A stretch of DNA of 62,867 bases from a virus (lineage: Duplodnaviria; Caudoviricetes): the IMG/VR virus record IMGVR_UViG_3300042905_000668, positions 1-62,867 of that record; one strand, 5' to 3'. The position numbers and the translations under genes were made by a program. Under the pieces are notes generated by a model. That model saw only the letters and a program-made list of their open reading frames with translations. It was not told the origin of the DNA and searched no databases. Position 1 is the first letter of the stretch. Every line of letters starts with the position of its first letter. Shown one piece after another: positions 34,970 to 45,238 of this stretch.

Positions 34970-35037
34970 TAGCAACTTGTTACTCTCTCCTTTGGTTGCT
35001 ATCTCCTTGAGCCCCGACTTCGGTCGGGGTCTTTTTT
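34970..35037 (+). ncRNA. Candidate anti-Shine-Dalgarno sRNA
   Basis: Extended -10 TGcTAGAGT at 34955-34963; stem TAGCAAC/GTTGCTA with CTCTCTCCTTT in the loop; ends in a terminator. Confidence 0.55.
35011..35037 (+). terminator. Rho-independent terminator at the junction of the two arms
   Basis: GCCCCGAC-TTCG-GTCGGGGT-C-TTTTTT. Confidence 0.9.
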
Positions 35038-38000
35038 ATTCACCGTATGCTTCTGCGGCGGCTTGCTTCAAGTAGGGAGCCAGTTTACGGTCGAGCGTTA
35101 CACCTTGGTACATTTCGTTTGAGATACGCTCACGTGCCTTCACCGACTGAGTAATTGTCTTTTCACTGATGCCCAGTTCAGGGTACTTAGCACCAAGCTC
35201 AAACAACTTCTCACGTGCATCCATCATCCCGTCGGCGTCGCCCTCTCGCATAGCCGCATAGTACTTCTTCAGTGCGTTTTTTTCGATGGACTTGATGGCC
35301 TTACCCTTCTCGGTCATGTACGCATTTTCTTCGTACTGCTTCATCAAGTCAGCAGGGGCAAACCCAAGCACTTGCATAGCGGCGTTGTAGCCGTTTACAT
35401 CTCCAACCGTATCACCACGCAGAGTGTTAGCGCCTTCGGTTGCATAACGGCCACTCTTCAAGATGTTACGCAGTGCAATAGGTAGTATGGCCTCAATGCC
35501 GCGCTCGTACTGGCCTTCAGCAATTAAGTCTTTACCACGCAAAATACTGTCCACAATAGAGTACGGCGCACCAAGCAAGCTCTCCATGAACTGGGATAAC
35601 TCACTTGCATCTGCTTTGCTACCCTTTTGCTCACGCCACAACAAGTCAGTCCAACCCACACGGTCGGCAATGCTCAAGTTGGTAAGGTAGTTGACTGGGC
35701 CTTTGTAGAAGAAGTCACCAAGGAAGCTACGCATGACAGTATCAAAATCATCGTCATCATCCTCTTGGAACATGTTGTAAGCGGCTTCTGCAACCCAGTA
35801 CAAGGGTAAACCTTTTGCACCCGCAAACAGCGCAGACATTCCATACACACCTGCAAGTTGCCTACGAGCCGCTTTGATTGCTTCAAGCTGTTCACCTGTT
35901 GCACCTTTGACGGGGAGTGAACGCATCATGGTGTCAAACAACATGTAGTACATGCTGAATGCAAAACGCTTAAACACCATCAAAACTTTTCCTATGTCAC
36001 TCTGACCGAGGCTGGGGCCAGATAGCGTACTACCTGCACCGTGCGAATACTCCACCATTGCAAGAGCTTTATCAATCGCCTTGGTTTCTTTTTCTGCGGG
36101 GGTCAAACGCTTTTCTTCCGCAGTCATTTTGGCAGGGTTATTAAGCCGCGTTTTTTCCAAGTCATAAGCGGCAACGGCTGTGATCTCACGGTTCATGCGC
36201 TCGGCATGATGGAACATAAAAGAACCTACCAACGTAGTGACACGTACAAGTTTGTTTGTGCTGCCGTACCCTGATGAATCGTTGTTCTCAGAACTTAACG
36301 CACTCCGTGCAGTAGACGTAGCCAGCAGACCACGGTCTTTCATAGCCCCAATGAGTCCTGCATATTGAGGAGCCTTGCCATTGTTGACCAAGTTCTCAAT
36401 AGAAGTCATGGCCTTCTGGTCACTAGACTCACCTGTCAACTCAGCAACTTTGCGTGTGAACCCACTGCTCATGTAGAGCTTACGGGCGTTGTTTAGTGCC
36501 ACACCTGCATCTTTGAACCCATACTCACCACCAAGTTGCGGGTAGACAATCAGAGGAGTTTGCAGTGTGTTGATTACTGCGGAAGAGATGTTACCTGCAA
36601 GGTTGTAGTAGAACGCACCGGAGCTTGCATACTGGGAGAATGCAGTTAACGTAGGGTTCATTGCAAAATCGCGGCGACCATCAAACTCTTTAAGAAGTTC
36701 ACCACCGTAGGTATTAACATCGCCCCGTGAGGAATCAACAGTTTCCTTCATGTCTTTTACAATGCGTTGCAATTCGGGGCCATACTGCATACGGGCCAAC
36801 TGACGTGCAGTGTTACTGCTCACACGGTCAAACACATAGGCGGCGTTATCAATATAGCCACCAATACCAGTACGCTTTTGACGGCTCTTCAGAATGCTGG
36901 CTTCAGGCATAGCCTTGACAACAAGTTGTATCAAGTCATCAATCGCTTTATCCCCGGCTTGATTGTCCTTCATGATCTTCATGATGTCGGCCAACATAGT
37001 GCCAGACGGTACATTGTCTGAAGTCAGTTGATCTGCACGGGAATAAACGTCAATTTTTGTAGCACCTTTGGCCTCAAGCTGTCTACGCGCAAAGTCACGT
37101 TCAGCTTCGGATTCAAAAGATTCTTTTTTAGTGTCACCGTTCATGTCGTACTGCAACCAGAACGGGCCTTCGCGGAACAGCGGCGCATAGTGGTCAACAC
37201 GCACGGTGCTTAACTCAAACAGAATCTTTTGATAGGCAGATGCGGCTTGCGACTTGTTACCCACCGTAGCCTCGATGTTGCGCTCCAACGATTTCAAGAA
37301 CTCCCCATCAAGAGTTTTGTAGGTGGCAAATAGATCGTGGTATAACTTCTTGCCATCCGGTGTAAGTTTGTTAAACCGTGCGTTGAGTTGTTTCCACTCG
37401 GCTTCTTTCTCAGGACTGCCTTTGTACTTGTCCAACTTCGCTTCAGGGTTTACGTCCACACGAGTGGAGTCGTTTACCAAAGTAGACCACGCCTGATACT
37501 CAGGGGTTTGTCGAAATTCGGCCAAGCGGTTATGTAATGGGTACATGGCTTCAAGAAGTTTCTCTTGATAACCGGCCATCTCTTCAACAGTAGCGGCAAA
37601 ACGTTTAGCTGAATCACCTAGATATTTGCTACCAGCCTCACCCAAGGCAGATAAGTTTAGTGCCTTGTACATCAACTGACGGCCAGTCGTACCAATTGTT
37701 TCTGCGGCTTTCCAAAACCCAACAGCGTTCTCACTGTTCATGATGGGTTGCTTGCGGATGGTGGCACCCATCTTTGTGAACATCTCTTGCACAACATTAG
37801 GGTTGCTCAGAGATTGCGCATACATAGTTTCACCTGTGCGTGTCTCAGGTGGAGGGCTAATGATGTCGTTCAGCATGCGGTCAATCGCATCTAACGCAGT
37901 CTCGGTCTTAGGGGGCAAGCGGAGCAACTGACGCATGGCATTAACCAAACGCTCCCAACCAGTGAGCTTCTCACCAGTAGGTTTGAATTCTTTTAAGCGG

Positions 38001-41000
38001 TTGCGAAACGCATCATTACTCCACGCTTCCGCAGCGAACTCTTGTATATCTTGCGCACCATAAGTTCCTTCAGTGCCTTTCTTCATTTGATCGAAGAGGG
38101 TTGTGACCTGACGAGTGACAGGATGCGATGGGTTGTCCAAAGTGTGGGACATGGTGGCATGTGAAGACTCATGCAGAATCTCATACTCAGTAGCACCATC
38201 ACGCAGATACACTGTGTTGGTCTTTGGATCGTACATGGACTTCTCAGCGCCATATACTAAGTTGACGTTACCAACTTGTTTAGACAAAGACTCTGCAAAA
38301 AGTTCTGCTGTCTTAGATGAACCGCTATCCGCCAGCCCTTGTAAAGCACCTACCAAGTTATTGTTGGCAAGCTGTTGGAGCACCACCGGGTGAGCCTGTG
38401 TATGTAATGCGGCAAGGTCTGCATCAGCAAGCAAGCCATTGAGGTCGGTGTCAGCGTTATCATCTAAATCACCAAAGTACACATCACCAATGATCTTTTG
38501 CATTGACGCACGTTTGGGAGCTTGGTTTTCTTTTTTGATTTGCTCTTTAGTGGCTTTGCGAATGTCTTGTTGCTTCTGCTGTTTTGCACGTGTCTTGATA
38601 GACCCCTTTTCTCCCTTTTCTTCTTTCGTGTACTGAGCAATCTTTTGATCCATAAAAGCTACAGCTTCAGGAGACAAGTTAGCACGTGCCCATGCTTCGG
38701 CATTTTTGGTGTGAATACCACCTTGGCCTTTAAAGAATGTGGCTTCTGCTTCAGTACCAAATGTTGGTTCTGGGCCTAGTGGGCTTTTCTCAAAGGCTTT
38801 CATCTTTGAGTTGCGATAGGCAGTTGGCGCAAGCACCAAATCATTTGCAATTGCGTCAAGCGCAAGTTCAGGGACTACCTTGCCAAAATAAGCGCGGGCA
38901 TCTTTGGCGACTTGATCTAACTTAGACATTGCCACACCAAGTTTTTGTTGGATGATTGGCAGTTCTGAAGATAAGTCAGGGCGATCTAAGATGCCTCGTG
39001 GGGTAGTTGTTGCCGTTTGTCTTTGCGCTTCTGCTTGCTGGGTTTGAGTGGTCGTAGTGCCATCGGTTGCGGTTCCTTCAGTTAATGTAGTGGGCTGTTG
39101 TCCTTCTCGTCCAGTAGCGTCTCTAACATCCGGCTGAGTAGAAACATCTCCACCTCCGACAGTTGTTTCATCGGTTGTGGTATCTTCAATACTAGCGGGT
39201 TCGCTAACCACGCTAGTGCTTCCTCCACTTGGGGCGGCGTCAGGTCTTGTAACATCAGGTACTCCAAATGCAAATTGGCGGGTTTGTTCTTGCTGTCCTT
39301 GCTTGGTAGCAGAGATGTCTTCTACTTGCATCTCCTGTCTAGCCGCATCAATTTCCGCGCCATATCCATCAGCGTATAACTTGTCGAGGATTCCGGTATA
39401 CACATCGTCGTTGATATTGACCATGTTTTTGGGGCTTTCAATTACTTGAACAAAACGGCGAATGCCATTGCGGTTAGTAAGATCAAGTCCTTTTAACTTA
39501 GGAGTCAAGAGAGAGTTAGGTGGAATACGCAGTCCACGTAACAAGTTAGGCGTTACTGTGGTTTCTTGGGTGATAGCTTTCTCTACACGCTTTTCCTCAA
39601 GCGCGGGTTTAAACATACCGCCAGTGCCGGGAGTTGGTGTTTCTTCAGCAAATGCTGACCCTGCCTGTTTATTACGCATGCCTTCGTTGTATTCGGTTTC
39701 GGCTTGTGTAAGTTCTTGATTAGCTTTAGCGGTTGCTTTTGCTTCTGCATCCGCATCTTCTGCTTTACGAGCGGCTATGGCGGCATCTAACTCACCATAG
39801 ATACGATCATACGCACCGGGATTTTGTTCTTTGATTGCCTCTGCACGTTGTTGCAGTGCGGCAAGTGATACTGCGCCAACATCTTCTGGTACGTTTTTGA
39901 ATGCAGAGGTTAAGTCTGCTTCACGTTGTTTACGTGCGGCCTCAATGGCAATGTCATACTCAGCTTGTTTCTCTGGCGTAAGAGTACCGGCTTTAGCCTC
40001 GGCATCCATTTGCGCTTTGAGTGCTTCTTCGGCTTCTTTGGTATCTTTAAATTCTTTGCGGGCAGTCAAGCCTTGGCTTGCACCACCAACAGTACCAAAC
40101 GCACCGCCACCGATTGCGCCCTTAACAAACGATTCTTTGAACCGCTGAATGTTCTCAGGGCCAAACATATCTTTAGTACTACCTGCAACTTGTTCTGCGG
40201 CGGCATTGATAGACTCTTGTGCTGCCTCAGTCAAACCTTCAGACCCTGCGGTCTTGGCGGCTTCTTTGCCAATGTACTTCCACACCTTTGGTGCGGCACC
40301 AGATTCTTTGGCCATCTTCTCGATAACCTTCATCTTGCCGTAACCACCAAGTTCACCCAACAATTTGCCGGGGACAATAGCGTCCAATACAGAAGACAAG
40401 CCACCAGCAAGCGCGGCAATACCCGGCTCCATCTTGTCAGTTTCTTGATAGATGCTTTCAAATACTTCGGGTGCGTTCTGTGCAAATGAGCCAAGGTACA
40501 CACCACCATACATTGCGCGTTTACCTGCTACTTCACCAGCCTTTTTAGCGGCAGTCTCTGCGGCGGCACGGCCAGCCATGGATAGTGGGCCAGCTTCCAA
40601 AGCGGCACCCATAGCACCACGAGCGGCAATCCTACTACCCACTGCCCCAGCGCCTATACCGGGGATCATTGCAGTCAGTGCAGTAGGGCCAAGTTCACCT
40701 AGAGTTTCAGCAATAAACTGTGCGCCCTCATACGGGCTTTCAACTTCAGTGTATGATTTGAACTGCGTAGGGTACTTGGCTTGTAACGCTTGGCGTGAGG
40801 CATCGGCTTCAGCCATCTGACGTTGTGCGTACTCATCAAAGCCAAGCGCAGATGCACCCATAGCGGGGAGCGTGTCCCCCAAAGCGATACCTGTTTCCCC
40901 CATGCCACGCATGAAGCCCTCTTTCAAGAGGGTGCCAATCCCTACATCTCGCTTTGGAATCTTAAAGTCATATTGCTTGGCAAGAAGACCAACCTGCTTA

Positions 41001-41068
41001 TTTAATTCCTCGGTAGAGATATTGTCATCAAACCGTACGGGGCCAATCTTAGGCAGGGTAATGATCAT
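35036..41068 (-). CDS. 2010-aa internal virion/ejection protein (large polyvalent protein) with zincin-like and PLxRFG-like regions
   Basis: Gly/Ala-rich hydrophobic N-terminus, EGLTEAAQE motif, ILHESSH...EFAAEA, YAPLFREG. Confidence 0.75.
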   Translation of the reverse strand: MIITLPKIGPVRFDDNISTEELNKQVGLLAKQYDFKIPKRDVGIGTLLKEGFMRGMGETGIALGDTLPAMGASALGFDEYAQRQMAEADASRQALQAKYPTQFKSYTEVESPYEGAQFIAETLGELGPTALTAMIPGIGAGAVGSRIAARGAMGAALEAGPLSMAGRAAAETAAKKAGEVAGKRAMYGGVYLGSFAQNAPEVFESIYQETDKMEPGIAALAGGLSSVLDAIVPGKLLGELGGYGKMKVIEKMAKESGAAPKVWKYIGKEAAKTAGSEGLTEAAQESINAAAEQVAGSTKDMFGPENIQRFKESFVKGAIGGGAFGTVGGASQGLTARKEFKDTKEAEEALKAQMDAEAKAGTLTPEKQAEYDIAIEAARKQREADLTSAFKNVPEDVGAVSLAALQQRAEAIKEQNPGAYDRIYGELDAAIAARKAEDADAEAKATAKANQELTQAETEYNEGMRNKQAGSAFAEETPTPGTGGMFKPALEEKRVEKAITQETTVTPNLLRGLRIPPNSLLTPKLKGLDLTNRNGIRRFVQVIESPKNMVNINDDVYTGILDKLYADGYGAEIDAARQEMQVEDISATKQGQQEQTRQFAFGVPDVTRPDAAPSGGSTSVVSEPASIEDTTTDETTVGGGDVSTQPDVRDATGREGQQPTTLTEGTATDGTTTTQTQQAEAQRQTATTTPRGILDRPDLSSELPIIQQKLGVAMSKLDQVAKDARAYFGKVVPELALDAIANDLVLAPTAYRNSKMKAFEKSPLGPEPTFGTEAEATFFKGQGGIHTKNAEAWARANLSPEAVAFMDQKIAQYTKEEKGEKGSIKTRAKQQKQQDIRKATKEQIKKENQAPKRASMQKIIGDVYFGDLDDNADTDLNGLLADADLAALHTQAHPVVLQQLANNNLVGALQGLADSGSSKTAELFAESLSKQVGNVNLVYGAEKSMYDPKTNTVYLRDGATEYEILHESSHATMSHTLDNPSHPVTRQVTTLFDQMKKGTEGTYGAQDIQEFAAEAWSNDAFRNRLKEFKPTGEKLTGWERLVNAMRQLLRLPPKTETALDAIDRMLNDIISPPPETRTGETMYAQSLSNPNVVQEMFTKMGATIRKQPIMNSENAVGFWKAAETIGTTGRQLMYKALNLSALGEAGSKYLGDSAKRFAATVEEMAGYQEKLLEAMYPLHNRLAEFRQTPEYQAWSTLVNDSTRVDVNPEAKLDKYKGSPEKEAEWKQLNARFNKLTPDGKKLYHDLFATYKTLDGEFLKSLERNIEATVGNKSQAASAYQKILFELSTVRVDHYAPLFREGPFWLQYDMNGDTKKESFESEAERDFARRQLEAKGATKIDVYSRADQLTSDNVPSGTMLADIMKIMKDNQAGDKAIDDLIQLVVKAMPEASILKSRQKRTGIGGYIDNAAYVFDRVSSNTARQLARMQYGPELQRIVKDMKETVDSSRGDVNTYGGELLKEFDGRRDFAMNPTLTAFSQYASSGAFYYNLAGNISSAVINTLQTPLIVYPQLGGEYGFKDAGVALNNARKLYMSSGFTRKVAELTGESSDQKAMTSIENLVNNGKAPQYAGLIGAMKDRGLLATSTARSALSSENNDSSGYGSTNKLVRVTTLVGSFMFHHAERMNREITAVAAYDLEKTRLNNPAKMTAEEKRLTPAEKETKAIDKALAMVEYSHGAGSTLSGPSLGQSDIGKVLMVFKRFAFSMYYMLFDTMMRSLPVKGATGEQLEAIKAARRQLAGVYGMSALFAGAKGLPLYWVAEAAYNMFQEDDDDDFDTVMRSFLGDFFYKGPVNYLTNLSIADRVGWTDLLWREQKGSKADASELSQFMESLLGAPYSIVDSILRGKDLIAEGQYERGIEAILPIALRNILKSGRYATEGANTLRGDTVGDVNGYNAAMQVLGFAPADLMKQYEENAYMTEKGKAIKSIEKNALKKYYAAMREGDADGMMDAREKLFELGAKYPELGISEKTITQSVKARERISNEMYQGVTLDRKLAPYLKQAAAEAYGE

Positions 41069-41071
41069 GGG

Positions 41072-42799
41072 TTATTCCGTTGCTTTGTACAAGTCGTTAA
41101 ACGAAGGAATACTAGCACCACCGCCTTGACCAGCAAGCAATGAAGGCATTGCATTCGCGCTGTATTTCATCCATTCCTGTTGCATAAACCGTTGAGCTTC
41201 AATTGGGGCCATTTTTTTGGCTTGCGCTTGCGCTTGTTGGAATTGTGGGCTGGTCTGGAAAGCGGTATAGGCTTTCTGTTCCGCTGTAGCAAGAGTTGCC
41301 GCCGCACGTTTATCCCCCGCCGCAATTTGATCTTTAAGGATACCAAGCCTTTCACGACCAAGCTGCAACTGCGCGTTAGCGGTTGCTGCACTTTGATTAA
41401 GTTGATCTTTTCTAAGCCCTAACTCACTCAAACCTAATATACCCGACTGCGCCAAACTAGCTTTTTGGAAATTGCCTTGTTGTTCAATTTGTTGGCGTTG
41501 TATAGCTTGATTATTACCAGCAGAAGCGGCGTTTAAATTTAAGCTAGTGTACTTATACAAGTTATCAGCGGCACGTTCTCCAGCCGCTTGAGCGGCTTGA
41601 TAGTTACCTTTTTTGGCGGCAACCTTCTGTTGCTCAAGGTTATCACGATAATCTTCTAACTTATCTTTAGCGGCACGATTTGCGGCTTCGCCACGAATAA
41701 GGTCTTCAATACCCTGACTGCCTTCGTTACCCAAAGCACCTGCAAGGGTACGCTCTTTACTACCGGCAATACGTAGACCCGTTTTAATACCGGTCAAAGC
41801 GCGACTAATTGCATTTTCTCTTTCAAGGCCAGCTTCCCGTTTACCAAGACGTTCTTCACGGGCTTCAAAACCGGGCCTGTCCATTTCTTCCAACTTTGTC
41901 TGCGTAAGCTCAACAGCGGTTTTTGCGTCCCTTTTTGCGTCTTCTGGTAACTTTTTGGTAAGTGCATCAAGGTTGGTTAATACGGGAGCGGCGGCCTCTT
42001 TCATTGTGGGCAACGTAGGCATCTTGAAATTACCAGCACCGGGGATTGCGGGGGCAACGGGAGCCACAGGAGCGGCGGGGGCTGGAGGTTGTGCTTGTCC
42101 CTCAAACATTGAACGGCGAGTAGCCGTCGCTGGGTCGTATGGCATAGCCGCAGGAGTAGCTGTAGGTGCTACAGCAGGAGGCATGGGGAGCCCCATAGAT
42201 TGACCCATTGCTCCAACAGGGCCACCAGTTATTGAACGTTCAGCATTGGATAAAGCATCTTGTGCTTCTTTAGCGGCGGCCTCTGCGGCGATGTACCCTT
42301 GGGGGTCTTGTTGGCGTTGGCGCAAACCATAGGTGCGTAACTTAGCCATTGCTTCTTCAACGCGTTTTCTTTCGCTTTCGCCTGTATACCCAGTGTTCTG
42401 ATAACGCTCAACCTTACCGCCATCTTCAAACGCAATAATGCCACCACCGGCGTAGGACTCGGGCAAGTTAGATTGTAGAGCTTCAACACCCTGAGACTGA
42501 TCTGCTTGAGCGGCTTGTGCCATCACCTGTTGGGCAATCGGAACACCGCCCTGTTGTGGTTGTTGCATGCCAGCACCGGCAATGTTTTGCGCCATCTTGG
42601 CTTTGACTTCTGACAACTTTTTGGTAAGTTCTTGAATGAGGGGGATTCCCACATACGATTTAATTGAACCGCTTTGAACACCCGCAATAAGACTTCTCTG
42701 TATGGCTTGAATTTCGTCTGGGCGGTTTGCACGTTTAGCCATTGCCGCCATAGAAGCGGCGCGGCGTGACATATCATCTTGTAGGCTATTGAGGCTCAT
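41072..42799 (-). CDS. Internal virion/ejection protein with YAGGG/FEDGG motifs
   Basis: Ala/Gln-rich helical protein between other ejection-type genes. Confidence 0.65.
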   Translation of the reverse strand: MSLNSLQDDMSRRAASMAAMAKRANRPDEIQAIQRSLIAGVQSGSIKSYVGIPLIQELTKKLSEVKAKMAQNIAGAGMQQPQQGGVPIAQQVMAQAAQADQSQGVEALQSNLPESYAGGGIIAFEDGGKVERYQNTGYTGESERKRVEEAMAKLRTYGLRQRQQDPQGYIAAEAAAKEAQDALSNAERSITGGPVGAMGQSMGLPMPPAVAPTATPAAMPYDPATATRRSMFEGQAQPPAPAAPVAPVAPAIPGAGNFKMPTLPTMKEAAAPVLTNLDALTKKLPEDAKRDAKTAVELTQTKLEEMDRPGFEAREERLGKREAGLERENAISRALTGIKTGLRIAGSKERTLAGALGNEGSQGIEDLIRGEAANRAAKDKLEDYRDNLEQQKVAAKKGNYQAAQAAGERAADNLYKYTSLNLNAASAGNNQAIQRQQIEQQGNFQKASLAQSGILGLSELGLRKDQLNQSAATANAQLQLGRERLGILKDQIAAGDKRAAATLATAEQKAYTAFQTSPQFQQAQAQAKKMAPIEAQRFMQQEWMKYSANAMPSLLAGQGGGASIPSFNDLYKATE

Positions 42800-42808
42800 A
42801 ATTTAACC

Positions 42809-45238
42809 TTATCGTGGAGTCAAAGCGTTGTTTAACGCCAAAGCACTAACACCGGCTGTACCAAAACCCGCTAATTGATTACCCAATGTAGGCTGTGCTT
42901 GATATTGAGTTGTAGTCTGGCCGGGAACGGCATAACCACGCAACAAAGCGTTGTATTGATTGAACGCAGTCATAGGCGCTTCTTGCGCTTGCGCGTAGTT
43001 TTGGATCGCTTGGTTGATAATCTGCTGTTGCTGACTTTGTTGCTGTCCACCAATCTGATTCTGCAAACCAAGAATGCCTGTCTGTGCAGCAAGTTGCTGT
43101 GTGCCAAGTTGACCAAGCTGCCCGGCAGCCTGATTAGCTAACCCGTAACCAGCTTGTTGTGCGCCAACACCTTGTAGACCTGCTTGTGCACCTTGCATAC
43201 CTTGAGCAGTACCTTGTAGACCAACACCTGCACCTTGCAAACCAAGCTGACCTGCGTTGATAGCTTGGCCAACACCTTGAAGACCCATACCGGCACCTTG
43301 CATAGCTTGCGCAGTACCTGCCAGTCCTGTATTGGCTCCTTGTTGAGCAAGTTGACCTGCGGCAATTGCACGGTCTGCGGCAGAAAGGCCAATCTGTGAC
43401 CCTTGCATACCTTGTGCCGTACCGGCCAATTGACGATCCACACCGGATAAACCAACTTGCGCACCTTGCATAGCCGCTTGCGCACCCTGCATACCTTGGG
43501 CTGTGCCAGCCAGTTGAGCGTTGACACCTTGCAAGCCCATACCAGCACCTTGAATGCCAGTTTGGAACGCTTGATTTGCGGCGTTGACACCAGACAGACC
43601 TGCTTGCGCACCCTGCATACCTTGGGCTGTACCTTGAAGTCCTGTCTGCGCGGCTTGAAGACCCATACCTGCGCCTTGCATGCCAAGGCCATATAAAGAC
43701 CCAGCTTGACCAAGACCTGCAAGACCCGCTTGTTGACCGGCCATAGCTTGACCAATACCAGACAAACCAAGTTGACCACCTTGTAAGGCAGTACCTAGAC
43801 CGGATTGCGCACCACCCAAACCTTGAAGACCAAGATTGGAGCCATACTGCATAGCCTGAATGGCTTTGTCGTAAGCGGTTTGCTGGCCTTGGGCGCGAAT
43901 GGCGTCCATCTGTGAAGCCAAAGCACGGTTAGCTTCAGCATTTTCAATAGCCTGACGTGACCCACCAAACGCACCCGCACGAGCGGCGGCAGACTTACGG
44001 CCTTGAGCGGCAATATCAGCTTGGCGTTGAGCGGCTTGAATTTGAACATCAGTCACAGCAGACTGATATGGGTTCATGTACTGCTGAATAGCGTATGGGC
44101 TTGTCATTTGACGAGCGTAATCTTGCCCTGCGGCGGCTTGTTGGGCCGCATAGTTACGTGCTTGCCCTGTAATATCTTGCCCTAACGCTTCTGCACGAAG
44201 ACCCATCCGACCAATGTCGGCGGCAGACTGTCCATACATTTGCGCTTGGGGAGCCATTGCGGCGGCTTGTGCGCCATAACCTGAACCCATTGCACCATAA
44301 CGATTAGCGGCTTCAAGGGCAAGTTGCTGACCAATCTGACCAGAGCCAAACCCAGCTTGACCGTAACCTAACGCTTGATTGGACAAGCCAGCGGCTTGTT
44401 GGCCATAACCCGCACCCATACCACCATAGTATTGACCGCCCTGAATACCTAATTGTTGGCCAAGCAAACCTGATTGCTGACCTTGCAGACCAGCTTGAGC
44501 GCCCATCTCACCAAACCGTGCGCCACCTTGAATGCCAATGTCTTGACCCATGAGGCCAGACTGCATGCCTTGAGCGCCAGCTTGTTGCGCCATACCAGTA
44601 GCCATATTTGCACGAGCTAAAGCGTCTTGTGCAGCAAAAGCTCCAATACCTTCACCACGGCTACCAGCCTGCGCACCTTGCGCACCGTAACCATAGGCTT
44701 GGTTTTGAGCCATGGCCGCGTTTCGGGCAGCGTTTTGCGCGGCTTGTTGGCCCAACATTTGGCCCATCTGACCAGATTGGAACCCTGCTTGACCGTAACC
44801 TGCGCCTTGAGCGGCAGTGTTTATACCCCCTTGAGCCGCCATGTTTGCCAAGCCTGTAGCTTGATTGTATTGGCCGGGCACCATCAAATTGGCCGCGTTG
44901 TACTGCACCTGCTGTTGCAGGGGGCTAAAGCCCGCTACGTATTTAGAGGGGTCGGTACTGTAAGGTGTAAACGGACGGGTGCCTGTAATTTCATCTGATA
45001 CCGCGCCTGTTGTTGGGTCAGTTACTTGCCTAGTTTGGAACAAGTTTTTACCTGCGCCCATGAGCACGTTTTCAACTTGGGGGCGCAACCAGTCAGGCAC
45101 ATTGGATTGCGTAACCGTAGTGCTTGTTGGGCCTCCACCGCCGCCACCGCCATAAATAATGCGACCACCTTCTTTACGGGTTACGGATTCGCCAAGGGGT
45201 TCACCCATAGCATAAAGTTCTCGGCGGGAATAGCTCAT
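42809..45238 (-). CDS. Ejection (DNA pilot-like) protein with long Gly/Gln/Ala repeats
   Basis: GGGGGGG...TTVTQSNVPDW, VAGFSPLQ, YMNPYQ, AGAFGGSR motifs of podovirus ejection proteins. Confidence 0.75.
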   Translation of the reverse strand: MSYSRRELYAMGEPLGESVTRKEGGRIIYGGGGGGGPTSTTVTQSNVPDWLRPQVENVLMGAGKNLFQTRQVTDPTTGAVSDEITGTRPFTPYSTDPSKYVAGFSPLQQQVQYNAANLMVPGQYNQATGLANMAAQGGINTAAQGAGYGQAGFQSGQMGQMLGQQAAQNAARNAAMAQNQAYGYGAQGAQAGSRGEGIGAFAAQDALARANMATGMAQQAGAQGMQSGLMGQDIGIQGGARFGEMGAQAGLQGQQSGLLGQQLGIQGGQYYGGMGAGYGQQAAGLSNQALGYGQAGFGSGQIGQQLALEAANRYGAMGSGYGAQAAAMAPQAQMYGQSAADIGRMGLRAEALGQDITGQARNYAAQQAAAGQDYARQMTSPYAIQQYMNPYQSAVTDVQIQAAQRQADIAAQGRKSAAARAGAFGGSRQAIENAEANRALASQMDAIRAQGQQTAYDKAIQAMQYGSNLGLQGLGGAQSGLGTALQGGQLGLSGIGQAMAGQQAGLAGLGQAGSLYGLGMQGAGMGLQAAQTGLQGTAQGMQGAQAGLSGVNAANQAFQTGIQGAGMGLQGVNAQLAGTAQGMQGAQAAMQGAQVGLSGVDRQLAGTAQGMQGSQIGLSAADRAIAAGQLAQQGANTGLAGTAQAMQGAGMGLQGVGQAINAGQLGLQGAGVGLQGTAQGMQGAQAGLQGVGAQQAGYGLANQAAGQLGQLGTQQLAAQTGILGLQNQIGGQQQSQQQQIINQAIQNYAQAQEAPMTAFNQYNALLRGYAVPGQTTTQYQAQPTLGNQLAGFGTAGVSALALNNALTPR

